NCBI GenBank assembly: GCA_030704615.1
Contig: CM060731.1
Span: 20,708,001 to 20,772,000 of the forward strand
DNA length: 64,000 nucleotides
Reading direction: 5' to 3'
DNA from: Takakia lepidozioides
Lineage: Eukaryota > Plantae > Bryophyta
A program made the position numbers and the translations under genes. This document shows positions 12,801-24,317 of the stretch, piece by piece (the first letter of the stretch is position 1; the number at the start of each line of letters is the position of its first letter). Under the pieces are notes generated by a model that ran no database searches, was not told the DNA's origin, and saw nothing but the letters and a program-made list of their open reading frames with translations.

Positions 12801-15064
12801 TTGGTACTAGTTAGGTTCTCACATGGGTGTCTGTTTGGATTACCTTTTAATGTCTGTATGGACTTGTTACTCTGTACTTACCATAGATGTTTTTTTCCAT
12901 CAGTTTGTGGATGTTCAGCATCCAAGTAGTCACAGCTGGTACCTCAGAATGGTTAGGATGCAGGAGGCCCCTTCAGCTCCCCTTCCTGCAAACGCTTTGA
13001 GCATTTTTTTATCAATCTCAGGAAAAGCTAAAGTGAAAATTCAGGTCCTACTTCATAGGTGTAATGCTGAAATGAAGATGCTGACTGTTTTGCTAGCTGT
13101 GCCTGTTGAGTGCTTGCCGACATCATACATTCGGAAAAGTGGCAGGAACTCAGTATGAAGATATGTAGAAGATACGCCCATGAATTGAGCATAGTGTGAT
13201 ATATGTGATCTACACCCACTGTTTGGAGCTGAGTAAGTCAGCAGGGAGGGAGGGCAGCTTGTGATGAAGTTGGTGGTCTCAGATATTGTGATTGACAGCA
13301 CAATTGTAAAACTGCATTCTCTATGTTGCTTGGTGGGAAGCTCTCCCTTCACACTGCTTTGGTTCCCCCCCCCCGCTATGGAGCAGACACTTCGAAACAC
13401 ACTCTATGTCATGACCGCCCAAACTGGCGCGGGGTCTATGGCCACAAGGCTAGAGCAAACAATGTCTTATGAGCACATTCTATGGCATGATTGTGTTCAC
13501 ATTGCATGCTCTAACCATGATTGAGGGAATTTGTCTAATATCTGGTTTGTATGTTGTTCAGGAGACCCTGCGAGTCAAGGATGAAGAGCTCAATCAACTG
13601 GCAAGGGACTTAAGGGCAAGGGATCTTACCATCAAGGAGTTAGCAGACCGGCTCTCTCAGACTGCTGACGCAGCAGAGTCAGCAGCATCAGCTGTGCATG
13701 CCATAGACAAGGAACGCAAGTTGGCCCTGTCAGAGTCAGAGCACTTGCGTAATGAGCTGCGGCGTGCTGCCCAGGAGGTGTATCCTTGCGCCTTAGTTGG
13801 AATATTTGGAGATCTTACCATCTGTGTTCTACTCTATGGCTGTCCATCTGGATGCAGGACTGGATGCAGGAGACAGCATCCTAGTCGTTTGTGCAAGAAA
13901 AGCTTTCAAAGAATACATATTCATGGGAAGATCCAGGGAATCTTGTGCATACTTTATTTGTGGAGAAGCAGACCAAATGCATGGGCTTCTGTGATCTGGC
14001 ATCATACAATACAGCTTTATCGTCCCTTTCAAATTGCTACCTTGTTAACACTTATTAGTTTGATTTATCAATATTACAGAGCATTTTGATTGGTAGGACA
14101 ACGTGTGGACTGGTGATCCATATGTATCTTGTCTTGTATAGGCAGCTCAAGATGAGACATATTTTGTGGCATGAGCATATGAGCATTGAAAAAATGTTAT
14201 GGTAGATTGTGAATAAGACATAGTCGTGACATCTGAAGCAACTAATTGTATATGGACAGATGAGGGCTGCAGAAGAGCGAGTAGCAGCAGCACTGAATGC
14301 CAAAGAGAGTGCAATGCAAGAGGCTCACAGGTGGAGAATGGAGCTGGGCAAAGCCCGGGAACATTGTGTACTTCTTGAGGCCACTGTAAGGCGTGCTGAC
14401 GAGGGTGCACAACAACTGAAGTTGGCACACGACCATGAGCTGGCTGAGTGCTGGCAAGCCCAAGAGGCCCGGTTTGTTTCTCTTCCTCTTACCTTGGAGC
14501 TAGTGTTTGAGGGCAATGCTAGTGGCAAATGAATGCAAATCAAGGCAATTGACCAGGTGTTTGCTCGAAGCTTTTCTGGATTCAATGATAGTCCCAGTAT
14601 TATGTTCATGCAGCCATCGCATCTTTGTGCGACTGCGAAATCAAATCAACAGTGATGTTCTAAGGAAGTGTGGCTTTTTGGTTGCTGTGGATTGCAAAAG
14701 TTGTTGAGATGTGCCTTAGAATATTGTTGCATCTTGTTACAGCACCGGAGCTACACCTGCAGTGATGGAAGCAGATGATTTGAGGTCACCAGCATCAATG
14801 GTGGATGCTGGCAAGGAATCCGGCATTGCATTGCAGACTCAGAGCAGTGAGTGCTCCAGGGCTGCACCTGAAGTTTGTGGCTCAGTGGCTCCACTAGTAG
14901 CGGCAAATGACGAGGTTGGAAGTGAGAGCTTGGGAGTGGTAGCAGATCCGGCAACAAAAGCAATGCTAGTCCCATCTGAAAGAAATGGCTTGTTGAACAG
15001 TCCATCAACAGAGCAACAAGAAAGCGTTATCACTCAGGAGAAGCAGAAGCAAGAAAGCAAATGA
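9876..15064 (+). CDS. Pleckstrin-homology domain + coiled-coil protein (plant SWAP70-like). Exons: 9876-9992, 10464-10525, 10673-10756, 11071-11102, 11658-11739, 12209-12431, 13562-13777, 14260-14471, 14743-15064
   Basis: The spliced product reads LLQGTLLKRSETLRKWNQRWFTLDP...KYDGCCFYIGTPQKQEYFLCAET..ARAWVATLRAAALVLRAHKEAVNSLSGNG...ETLRVKDEELNQLARDLRARD. This is a PH domain followed by a coiled coil, and all intron phases are consistent. Confidence 0.9.
11103..11657 (+). other. U12-type (minor spliceosome) GT-AG intron
   Basis: Donor GTATCCTT. A branch-point-like TTACATTAAT lies about 11 nt before the TAG acceptor, with no pyrimidine tract. The junction restores F-Y-IGTPQK. Confidence 0.8.
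13405..13485 (+). mobile_element. Short 3'-end fragment of the RTE/RTEX-like LINE family
   Basis: cccaaactggcgcggggtctatggccacaaggcta...tcttatgagcacattct matches the tails at 3120-3500 (reverse complement) and 59800-59840. Confidence 0.7.
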
Positions 15065-15324
15065 TATACACGACCACTTATCCAAATGCTTCAGTGGACC
15101 ACAACCATTTGAAAAGTGGCCAGCAAGGATTGACACAGATGATTCGAAAGTCTCAAAAATACCACTCAGCTGGTATCCCACTCAATTCAATATTTAGAGG
15201 TGTGATGTGTAGCACTTGCTGGCACTACTACAGGCCTATCCTTTAAAAAGTTGCGATTTGAGGTTGCGTAGCTAACTTCAATTTGGTGTACGTTCTCGGC
15301 ACATCTAGGTCACGGTAACCTGAT

Positions 15325-15640
15325 TCATTGGTAATATTGATGTTGATGTTCTAGCAATTTGGTCAAATCTTTCACTACCGAAGACACAAGTATGAGGTTC
15401 ATGGCAAGGGAAGGGGAGAATATATTATCTAGGTATGTAGTATTTAGTGTAGAGTTACTAAGTACCCAAGATCTGTTTGGGGAAATTTTAAAGGTCAAGG
15501 AAATAGATATGGTGGGAGCGACCAATAGGGAGGTGCAGGAGAGCGACAGGAGGAAAATGTGGCTGTGGATACATGGCATGGACCAGCCTTTTGGAAGGCT
15601 CCTCACAGGGTTGCCCGAGAGGGTGTTAAAGGATAACAAC
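15325..15640 (-). mobile_element. Degenerate Ty1/copia pol remnant
   Basis: YLDNIFSPSLAMNLILVSSVVKDL resembles the copia L.NV.Y.P.L..NL.SV motif downstream of the protease. Confidence 0.4.
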
Positions 15641-15689
15641 TCCGAAAGGAAGTGTAAGTTATGGTGTCACTTCATCTTGTGATTACCAC

Positions 15690-15775
15690 TTTCTGTGGGG
15701 AGGTGAACACTTTGAACCCATCATCTAGGTTATGCACATAGAAGGCAAAACTCCCAACCACTAGGCCACATGCTC
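15690..15775 (-). mobile_element. Degenerate tRNA-derived SINE head
   Basis: The minus strand has an A-box-like TGGCCTAGTGG and a B-box-like GGTTCAAAG. Confidence 0.4.
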
Positions 15776-16727
15776 TAGTGCATCTGAGAGGGTATGCAAG
15801 TAAAGGAGGGAGGGGAGGGCTGGGCTATGCCATGCCTCCTGCCTCCTCTGAAAAATGGAAACATCGAACAGGTACCATCACCTAAGTACTTAAGATGCTA
15901 TAGATTTATGTTTATCCATTATGAAAATGAGGCCCAGACATAACACAAGAAAGAGGCATTTTATGATTAAATGCATGAGAGGAATACAGAACTCGTGCCA
16001 ATTATTGTTTGTCGGAGTTTGTCTGCTGTGTGATCTTTAATTTTGGTAGTAACTAGTAACTAGTAACCACCATTATGCATATGAAAGGCAAATTAAAACC
16101 CAAGTGTTCTCATTCTGGCTGTTTGCAGACTGCAGGACTGCAGGACAATAGCCTCTTTTTAATGTAGTCTTGTAAGGCCTGCCTTTGCACTAAATGCTCA
16201 TGTACACAGCATTATGCACATACATGCATTTGAAACAATAGGAAAGTTGTGCACTTGCACTTTAACCACACTACATATATTGAATTGGGTTTAAGGTAGT
16301 TGGCCAAAAACCAGGTGAGTCCTTTTCCTGTGTCAACACCGAATGGGCTACATCATTCCAGCACTTCACTGTGATGATATAAATTCACAATATGCATATG
16401 AGTATATAGAACGTTGAATCCTCCATTCATTACTTCACTATGATATCCACAGCTCTAGGATTGCCTCCCCTGATCATGGAAGAGGACCCCAGAAACAACA
16501 GACCTTTCACTACTCATTACTATTATATACATTTGGGCCTTTGTGATGGTTGGACTAAGCTGTCAGATGTTTACACTACAACGTGCACCGGCGAGGTAGT
16601 AGAAAGAGACTGACAGTAGTCCTGAAGAGAGGTAAGCGATGAAATTTTTTCAGGAATGCTTTCCATTCCTCTGCTTCCATTAACTCGTTCTTTTGTGATG
16701 ACTGGGGGATGAAAGGGGAGACACAAA

Positions 16728-19700
16728 TTAAGAGCGAGCTACACGGGTAGGCTCCCACACAGAAATTCCCTGCAAAACTTGAGCCTTCCATCCCAAAAGC
16801 AACCAGCCACCATCTTCCCCCATGCCGTAATCCCTATGGTAACAGCTCATCATGGTGCGAACTAACGCCAAAACTTCTGGAATCAGGGTCTTCTGCTTAA
16901 ATCCAGCTTGCTGGGTGCGAGACTGCCATTGCCTGTAAGGCTCAGCCCGCTCCACTCTCTCCAAACCTTCACAGGCCACTATATTGAGTATTTCCCGGCC
17001 CAAAATCTCCTTCTCTATTAACTTTCTGCTAGGATGCTCAAGTGGCATCGATGCTTCAAGTGCGTTGAACATCGGTGTGTAATAGTCCAGAGAATTCTGG
17101 AGGCGAGATATGAAGAAGGGTGAGTTGTGGCTTGCGTTGACCACCCCTTGCACAAATACCTTCATGACAATGAAGAAAATCCAGCATCAGTAAGAAATTA
17201 TGATCTGAATTTATCAAGGAAACAACAACATCTTAATTACTCTTGACCAATGTGACATTCTGCATACCACATAGGACTGAGAAGGACGTAATTTGACATG
17301 ATTTACCATCTTCACCCTATCCACATATGAATGTCACGTGAGCTGACCAAAGCCACATCTGCACCGTCATTAGCACCCTGCAGTTCTGTCATGGCATATG
17401 TGATGACCCAAAAGAAAGAAGGCTTGCTACCTTGGGGCTCATGCTTCGGATCCTGCTCAGTGTTGTTTTACGGGGGCTTGCAGCTATGACTGATTCATCC
17501 AGAAGGTGTCGGAGCCTGTACTGGCAATTAACAGCTAGCACTTCACCCTTCCTCAAGAAAAGATGAGCAGGAGTGATGGCCTCCCACTTTTCAGCAACTG
17601 CATGGAACTCAAAGGGCAGTCCAGACTTCCTTGCAATCTCTGCAAGCCTGAGACCAGTTTCCTCAATCCTCTCTGTGGGCCGGAATCCAGGCTGCGGATT
17701 ATCAATCCCTGACATTGAAATTGAGGGGTGAGTAGACCTCTTGAAGGCATTTGCAGTTTGATGAGATCAAAGAACATGACGGAAGAGTGGAACAACAATT
17801 TCTACTCTTTTTGCAGCTTCAACGTGAATGAAATAACCATTGTACAAGTATAACAGATAAGTCAGAACAGGACAAAACCAAGTTCACCATAGCATCCAAA
17901 GATCAAGAAAACAAACCATCAAGACTGTAGATTGAAAAGCAAAGCCAACTGAAGGGAGGAAGGATATGTAGGAAAGTCAAATGAACAAGAAAAAAATTAC
18001 CTGGCTGTTTGACAACAGTCAGATAGGAAGGAACATCACACAACATTCAGGGAATCCGGTCTCATCTCTGCCTTCATCAGGACAAACAACAGTAATAATT
18101 TGCCCTGACTTTTGGCTGTTCCCAAGGATACTATTCGGCAAAGATGGTGATCTTTATGGCAAACCTTTGGGCCTGTGCAAAACAATCAAGAACAAGGCCT
18201 CATGTGGGGAGTTGTTCAGCTTTACATATGTGCCATTCTACTTGCCATCTCTATTTGCCAGCAGTTTAGACCTACACTGTTGTTTCATCCTACACAGACA
18301 AAAAAGACTTGGTCATGCTCCAAAAAAGAACACTAGCTCCTGCCAAGCCAATGACCATGCTGTACATAGCCATAACTGTGCTCTAGGATGAGTACTAAAG
18401 GCATGGCGATGATATCAATCTCCAGCTAATGAGGACACACTACAGTGGCAGCTTATTAACAATTGCTATTAGCAATGAGCTATTATTTGGGATAGGCGAT
18501 CCAGTCCAAACAGAGTGACATTGCACATGGTACTAGGAGTTTCGTACAGGGAGTAAGGCTCACATTGACATCAGCCTCAACATGGTACCTTATTTCTAGC
18601 ACTGCTTGTGTAGGCTTCTGGCAACAAAAGTGACACTTCAACTGCCTGTCACACTGTCAAGAGAAAGGGCAGAGAGGCAGACAGACAAACAGAACAGAAG
18701 GTGGGACGGCCAGAGGGGAAGAGAAAGACGTACTGGCTTCTCGCCATTAAGAGTACCTGTAAGTCGAAGGTGAGGTGGCCCCTCGGGACGGCACGAAAGG
18801 GCATTTATGAGGCATGGCCATTGCATTCCATAGAGAATACCATAATCGATGACATGCACATGAGAAGCACCCTTGAAGGCCTCCAATAGTGCTCTATTAG
18901 CATAGTAAGAAGATATTATGGTAAACGGGCAGTAGTCAACAAGCATGCGATAGCCTTTCAACATTGTGATCGCCGAAGGACTGTTTCTGGAGAGAGCCAC
19001 ATAGAGTTGTCCGCCAGTACCTGACATTCTTGCCACCTGGGAGACCATTATACCGTAGAGTGATGGTGCAAGAAAATGCCTCTAACGTGCTCTGAAACAA
19101 AATGCTCAAGAACTGCCGATCACATCTTTTTGAATGGTCAAGTTGTATCAAGTTGAAGACAACTGCCACTGCTAACATTTGGCTTCAGATGCACCATCAG
19201 TTAGTCATTCGGAAACATCTAGCAGAGTCTATTATGGGATTTTCCACTTCACAGTTCTATTGCTAACCAGCTACGATAGAAAGCAATGAAGCTAGGGAGC
19301 TTAAACGGAGGGCACTTTTGAGGAGATGCTGTTCCAAACATTGTTCCATTATCAAGATATGCAATGATCATTTCTGAATTAAGATTACCCTTATCTTTGG
19401 GATCCAGAGATGCAGAAGTACACATTGTACACAGAAGTCACACGCTGCATCAGCATTATAAGGGGGTTACATGAAGTCCATGCTTTTACTTCCATAATCA
19501 TTGCAGTGAAATTGTTATATATGTCAGAGTATCAAAAGCCATCACTGAACCACGCAGCCACGAGACAGGAAAACACACAAGCATAATTCGTATGTGGAAA
19601 CTAACCAGAGCTTCTACGAAATAATGGGCCATCCGCTGTGGCCCAGTACCATAAGCCGACGAATGCTCGCGAAGCTCCCCAATCAGCTCGTTGGCGTGGC

Positions 19701-21461
19701 TGAAGTCATTCAGTCCAACTGCTTGCACACATCTGAGCACAAAATGCCTTCATCAGAGCGGGATGATGTTCGTGATTACATTTGATGGTCTGTTACAGTG
19801 TATTTGCTGCCATCCATTAAGTAGCTTGACTCATAGTAGAGGGCTCATGCGAAAAAAAAAAAATTGTGGTCAAATTGTGCTTGCAGGCATTCTTTTCATT
19901 TCTCCAATTGCTGATGATAGCACCAGATGGCTGTTATGAAGTCAGTCCCTCTTAAATAATCACCCGGGTAGAGGATAAAGGGATAACCATCGCACACACC
20001 TACCAGAACGTGTGGCACAGAGTATTTATATGGTAGTCTCACATGCAATTTATTCAAAATCTCAGCATAACAAAGGAGGCTGTAAAGTCATAGGCAGCTG
20101 ACGAATTGGTTTGCGACTTTCACCACCTCAAAAACAATGTACATAACTGTCACAAGCTTTGGAAGATAGGCACTGCAAAGGGTTTAAGTGACAAGACCAT
20201 TGATGTAATGCTTCAACAGAATGCATTGCGGCATGGCAACATAGATGCACAATCTGATAGGTGATACTGAGAAGTATAGCACACTGTGTATATGGAAGCA
20301 GCCTTACCTAAGAAGCAGGGTGTTCAATTCAACTGAGGAGATGTGAACAGCATTTTCCTTTTGCTGAGAGACATGTGACTTCCAGCCTCTATTGTCCAGG
20401 TCATACTCTGCGCTCCCTGTATCTGCCCTGGTGCTGGAGGGGCCCACACTTTGAAACTCTGTCTGAGAACTCCCCTTGCTGCCACTGAGATCACTGCTCA
20501 CAGAGTCCTCTTCTGTAGTGGGAGATACATTTGCCCCTCCAATTTCTACTGGATCTGTAAAGATTGTTAGCCCAGCATCTGAGTATCCATCTGTGAGCTC
20601 TTCTGATGGTTGACAAAGGAGAATTTCATCAATCCAGCTATCAACGTCCTCCTGAGCGTCTCTCGTCTCCTCCCCCTCGGAGTGGGGAGGGATACCTGAA
20701 TCGTCCCCAATGAGGTGCCCAAGGTCCCTGGCCATAGCCTGGTATGCAATAGATTCTTGGAACATACATTTCTGGTCCTCCAGATTTTCGTCCAGAAGAA
20801 TGTCATCTAAGAATCTTATTAGCGGCCATGTCTCTTCTACCAAAGCAGTAACGGCAATAGTTGGCGGCGTGTCCTCAGAGCCAGGAGATGTCAACAGTTG
20901 TTGAGGATTATCATCAGAAAAGCTGCTTGGTATGGAGAGAGAAGGAGATAAATTCTCAGACGACTGGCACGAAGGCTCGGCATAACTTGTCAAGACAGTC
21001 CGCTGTAAATGCTTTCGTCCCCCAAAGTTTTGAAACCCTGATGGCACGGAACCAGTAAGACACTTATCCAAAAATTCAGGGAAGGTTAGTCCGATGCATG
21101 GACTAGCATCTACACCCGAGTCGGAGAAGCCATTTGGTGGAATACCACCTTCCTTGAAAACGGAAGAGATGATTGGTTGTTTCTGATCAGAAGACTGCGG
21201 GGTGCTTTTGAATTCTGGAAAAATAGAGGAGAGATACATTTGTGCCGAGGGCTCAGAGTCGTGCGAGTAGGGGAAAGGGTGTGATGAAGGTCTTTCTGAA
21301 AAACAGTTGCGCTTAGATGGCAGCTGTATTTGGTACAATGCCTGCTGTAGTTGTCTTGCAAGTGTAGACATCTGTCCAGAATCTCCCCCTCGTCTGCTAT
21401 GCTTGCTTCCCGCCAGGCGTGTTCCCTTCCCTCTTAACCCTTCTTCTCGTTCTGTATCCAT
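16728..21461 (-). CDS. GRAS transcription factor, LISCL/SCL14-like, copy 1. Exons: 21461-20308, 19732-19606, 19036-18757, 17708-17431, 17159-16728
   Basis: LISCL-type N-terminal motif ILLDENLEDQKCMFQ, then GTGPQRMAHYFVEAL, VHVIDYGILYGMQWPCLI, LRLTGIDNPQPGFRP, NIVACEGLERVERAEPYRQWQ, WLLLGWK...SVW. ATG at 21461; all introns GT-AG. Confidence 0.93.
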
Positions 21462-22617
21462 CCGACCCCTTCCTCCACCTCTCAACGTGCCCTTCTGTCC
21501 CCTTGACCCTCCCCGTAGCTGACGATTCTTTGAGTTCCCAAACAGATATTGTAATTTCCCGTGATGTCAGTGCAGGGCTTCATGGTGCACCATACTGCTT
21601 ACTATAAGTCTTGAACGTGCACGTAAGCATCCAGCCTGAGTCCCCCGACAGGAACGTCCACAAATATCTGTGTCTTCCAACTAATTTCACAGTCATTTTT
21701 TCCACGATAAATCTGCCACAAGTGATTCATTACATGCTGGTGCGGCTGCAGGTTCCCTGAGCACGCTGCACCTGTCCGCAGATACATACTGAAGTATCTC
21801 GTTCAATTCACTCGCACCAATTGATGACACATTGTACATGGCCACGCAGGGTGAGGCTGCCTAGGTGAAGCCCGGATTTGGGTGACATTAACTTATACTT
21901 TACATTGCGGATTGACGGTCTCCAGAAACAAGTCCGTGGAGGTGGGGCCCTGTAGGAAGGAGACAAAACAAAGCCGACACAGGGATGAATACTTCCCAAC
22001 TGTATGGATAACGGCTCGCTCTCAAGCGGTATGTACAGTTCTTCTTTATGCTGATTTAGTGATGCGAAGCTCCTGCGAATGTGTCTCTTTGAATAGTATA
22101 TTTGTGTAGAGGGATGAGAGAGACACGAATATGAGCGAGCGATTCCGTGAGTTGTTGTTTTCTTGTAAGCAATAGCAGAGCTCTCGCTGAAGAAAACACC
22201 AGAGTGGTGGGTCTGACAGACCTTCGTGAGCGAGCGGTGAGCCACAGACATCCTCAATTTCCAAGAGTCCGAACAGCCTTATTCCAGGTACCTCATACAT
22301 CTTCCAACCCCAGACACGAGATCAGATGGTTTCCAATCGACAAAATGGACACCACCATATGCCAAATTCCACCTCGGAGGCCATCGTATTACACTCGATC
22401 CTCCGTAACTATCAAGAGAATGGGAAGAGGGAAGAACATCGGACTCTGAACACAATCCGGAATGATTCCTTCTGGCCCTTCGTAGTCCCTTTATCAATGT
22501 TCAATTTAAGAGCTCAATGCAATTCGGTCAGGACTCACTGAAAAATTGAACCTTAATGGTTCTGCCCCATACAGCACAAGTTGAAAAATCACTGCTCGTT
22601 CAAGGTTGTAAGTGTTT

Positions 22618-22851
22618 TCCAGCTATCAACCTGCGTCTGACGTCTCCCCCTCGGAGTGGGGAGGCATACCTGAATCATCCCCAATGAGGTGCCCAAGGTC
22701 CCTGGCCATAGCCTGGTATGCACTAAATTCTTGGAACATACATTCCTGGTCCTCCACATTTTCCTCCAGCAGAATGTCATCTAAGAATCTTATTAGCGGC
22801 CGTGTCGTCTCTTCTACCAACGGTTTAGCGGCCATGTTGGCGGTGTGTCCT
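22618..22851 (-). pseudogene. Duplicated internal fragment of GRAS copy-1 exon 1
   Basis: Close DNA match to about 20633-20875 (PLIRFLDDILL.EN.EDQ.CMFQE..AYQAMARDLGHLIGDDSG). No other GRAS exons are attached. Confidence 0.88.
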
Positions 22852-24317
22852 GACGGCCAAGACAAGAAGAAGATGCCAAGTGTTGTTGCGGACATGCGCA
22901 TGCAGGGGCAGGTTGATTTTCAGTATGCACTCATGTGGTGGGCCAAGCAAAGTAAGGATTGGTCAGGAACATCTTCCCAAACTTTTGGAACTGGGGGATA
23001 ATTAAGTCTGTCCAGAGGAAGGCTCCACCACGGCTTGACTGGGCTGGGCCCACCGCATGAGATGGTATAAAGAGGAGGGTCATGAGGCCTCTGCTTGCCC
23101 CTCAATCTTACTTTTACTTTGGTGGGCTCTGCAAGCAACCAGGCCCCTTTCAAAATGTAAATTGGAACACCGTCTTTAGATTGATAGATTCCCAAACTAA
23201 ACTCTGGTGACGGTTATTTCTGAAGGTCCAAAACAGGAAGAGAGATGGAGTGGAGAAGGGGAGGGATGGCAGGGTGTAGGCATGGCTGATATGTGAGGTT
23301 ATGTACTCTGGAACTTGTCAACAGTGTCTCGGCCTCCTGGCCTCTTCGTCACTGCTTCCAATGCGGAAAGAGGCCGTTAAGGATCATTAACATTCTCTTC
23401 CACATTGGAGGGGATTCATCAATAGCAAAGTAACACAAGGGTCATAAGAGTTCTCAAACAAGTTATCGTGCATTTAAGGTGGAGGAGATTGAGGATCATC
23501 CAGATTATCAGCAGGTAACAAGGAAAGAAAAGGTGGAAAAAGAGAACCTATGTATCTTCAAGTAGGGGGAAGGTTCCTTCATGGACCCTTCCTGTTTTTT
23601 CGAGGCCACCTGAGGCATGTATACCAAAATTACTAAGTAGGAGTCAGACCACTTTACATTAGTTTCTTTTTCAGCCTTTCTTTACTGTTCCCATACTCGT
23701 CTAGCACCTGCTCAATATTGAAGCACAGATTCCTGCAGAAAAGATTCATAGAGGCAGATACTCAACACCCATTTGAATTGGAGCCCTTGAAAAGGTGACT
23801 TCACATGCAGATTTTTGGCCATACAAGACTGACTTGAATCCCTTCTGTAAATTGTAGGAATGCTGACACAGACCAGCTTTGCGTGCTGCCTAATCCAGTT
23901 TCCTTGCGCGTATCCAACAAGACCTCAATAACCATGGCCATCTTTTGTCATAGCCTTTCGAGCTAGAGTACAGCCACATGGTCTGTGGCACCATTCCAAC
24001 TAAGCTTGACACTGACCAGGTCTCTCCTTCAAATCTGACTGACACGCTCTTTCCATAGCCCAGTGAGATGTTGCTGTGAAAATCCTCTTGATTTGAACAC
24101 GTCAATCCATCATCCACCCCCTGCTCCAGAGGACCCAAGAAGCAGTGAAGACTCTAGTACTCATTCTGTACATACATTGGGCAGCTTGTACTTCTGCACC
24201 AATTTGCTAAATTGAACCAAAATAACCGAACTTATGCTACAGGGTGCACCAGAGCGGAGAACATACGGGACTTGGAGGAAGGAGGAGTGAAGGAGAGAAG
24301 GAACAGAAAAATACAAA

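Noticed and set aside
13780-13787. Second GTATCCTT (U12-like donor) in the PH gene
   Set aside because: The in-frame join to the 14260 exon needs the GT at 13778. Using 13780 shifts the frame, and no matching U12 acceptor giving an open exon was found.
242-15064. DGK + PH-domain gene as a lipid-signalling cluster
   Set aside because: Only adjacency supports it. There is no evidence of co-regulation or conserved synteny in this sequence.
21462-21485. ORF-track starts at 21485 and 28690 for the GRAS genes
   Set aside because: These are TTG/GTG codons. The first in-frame ATGs are at 21461 and 28663.
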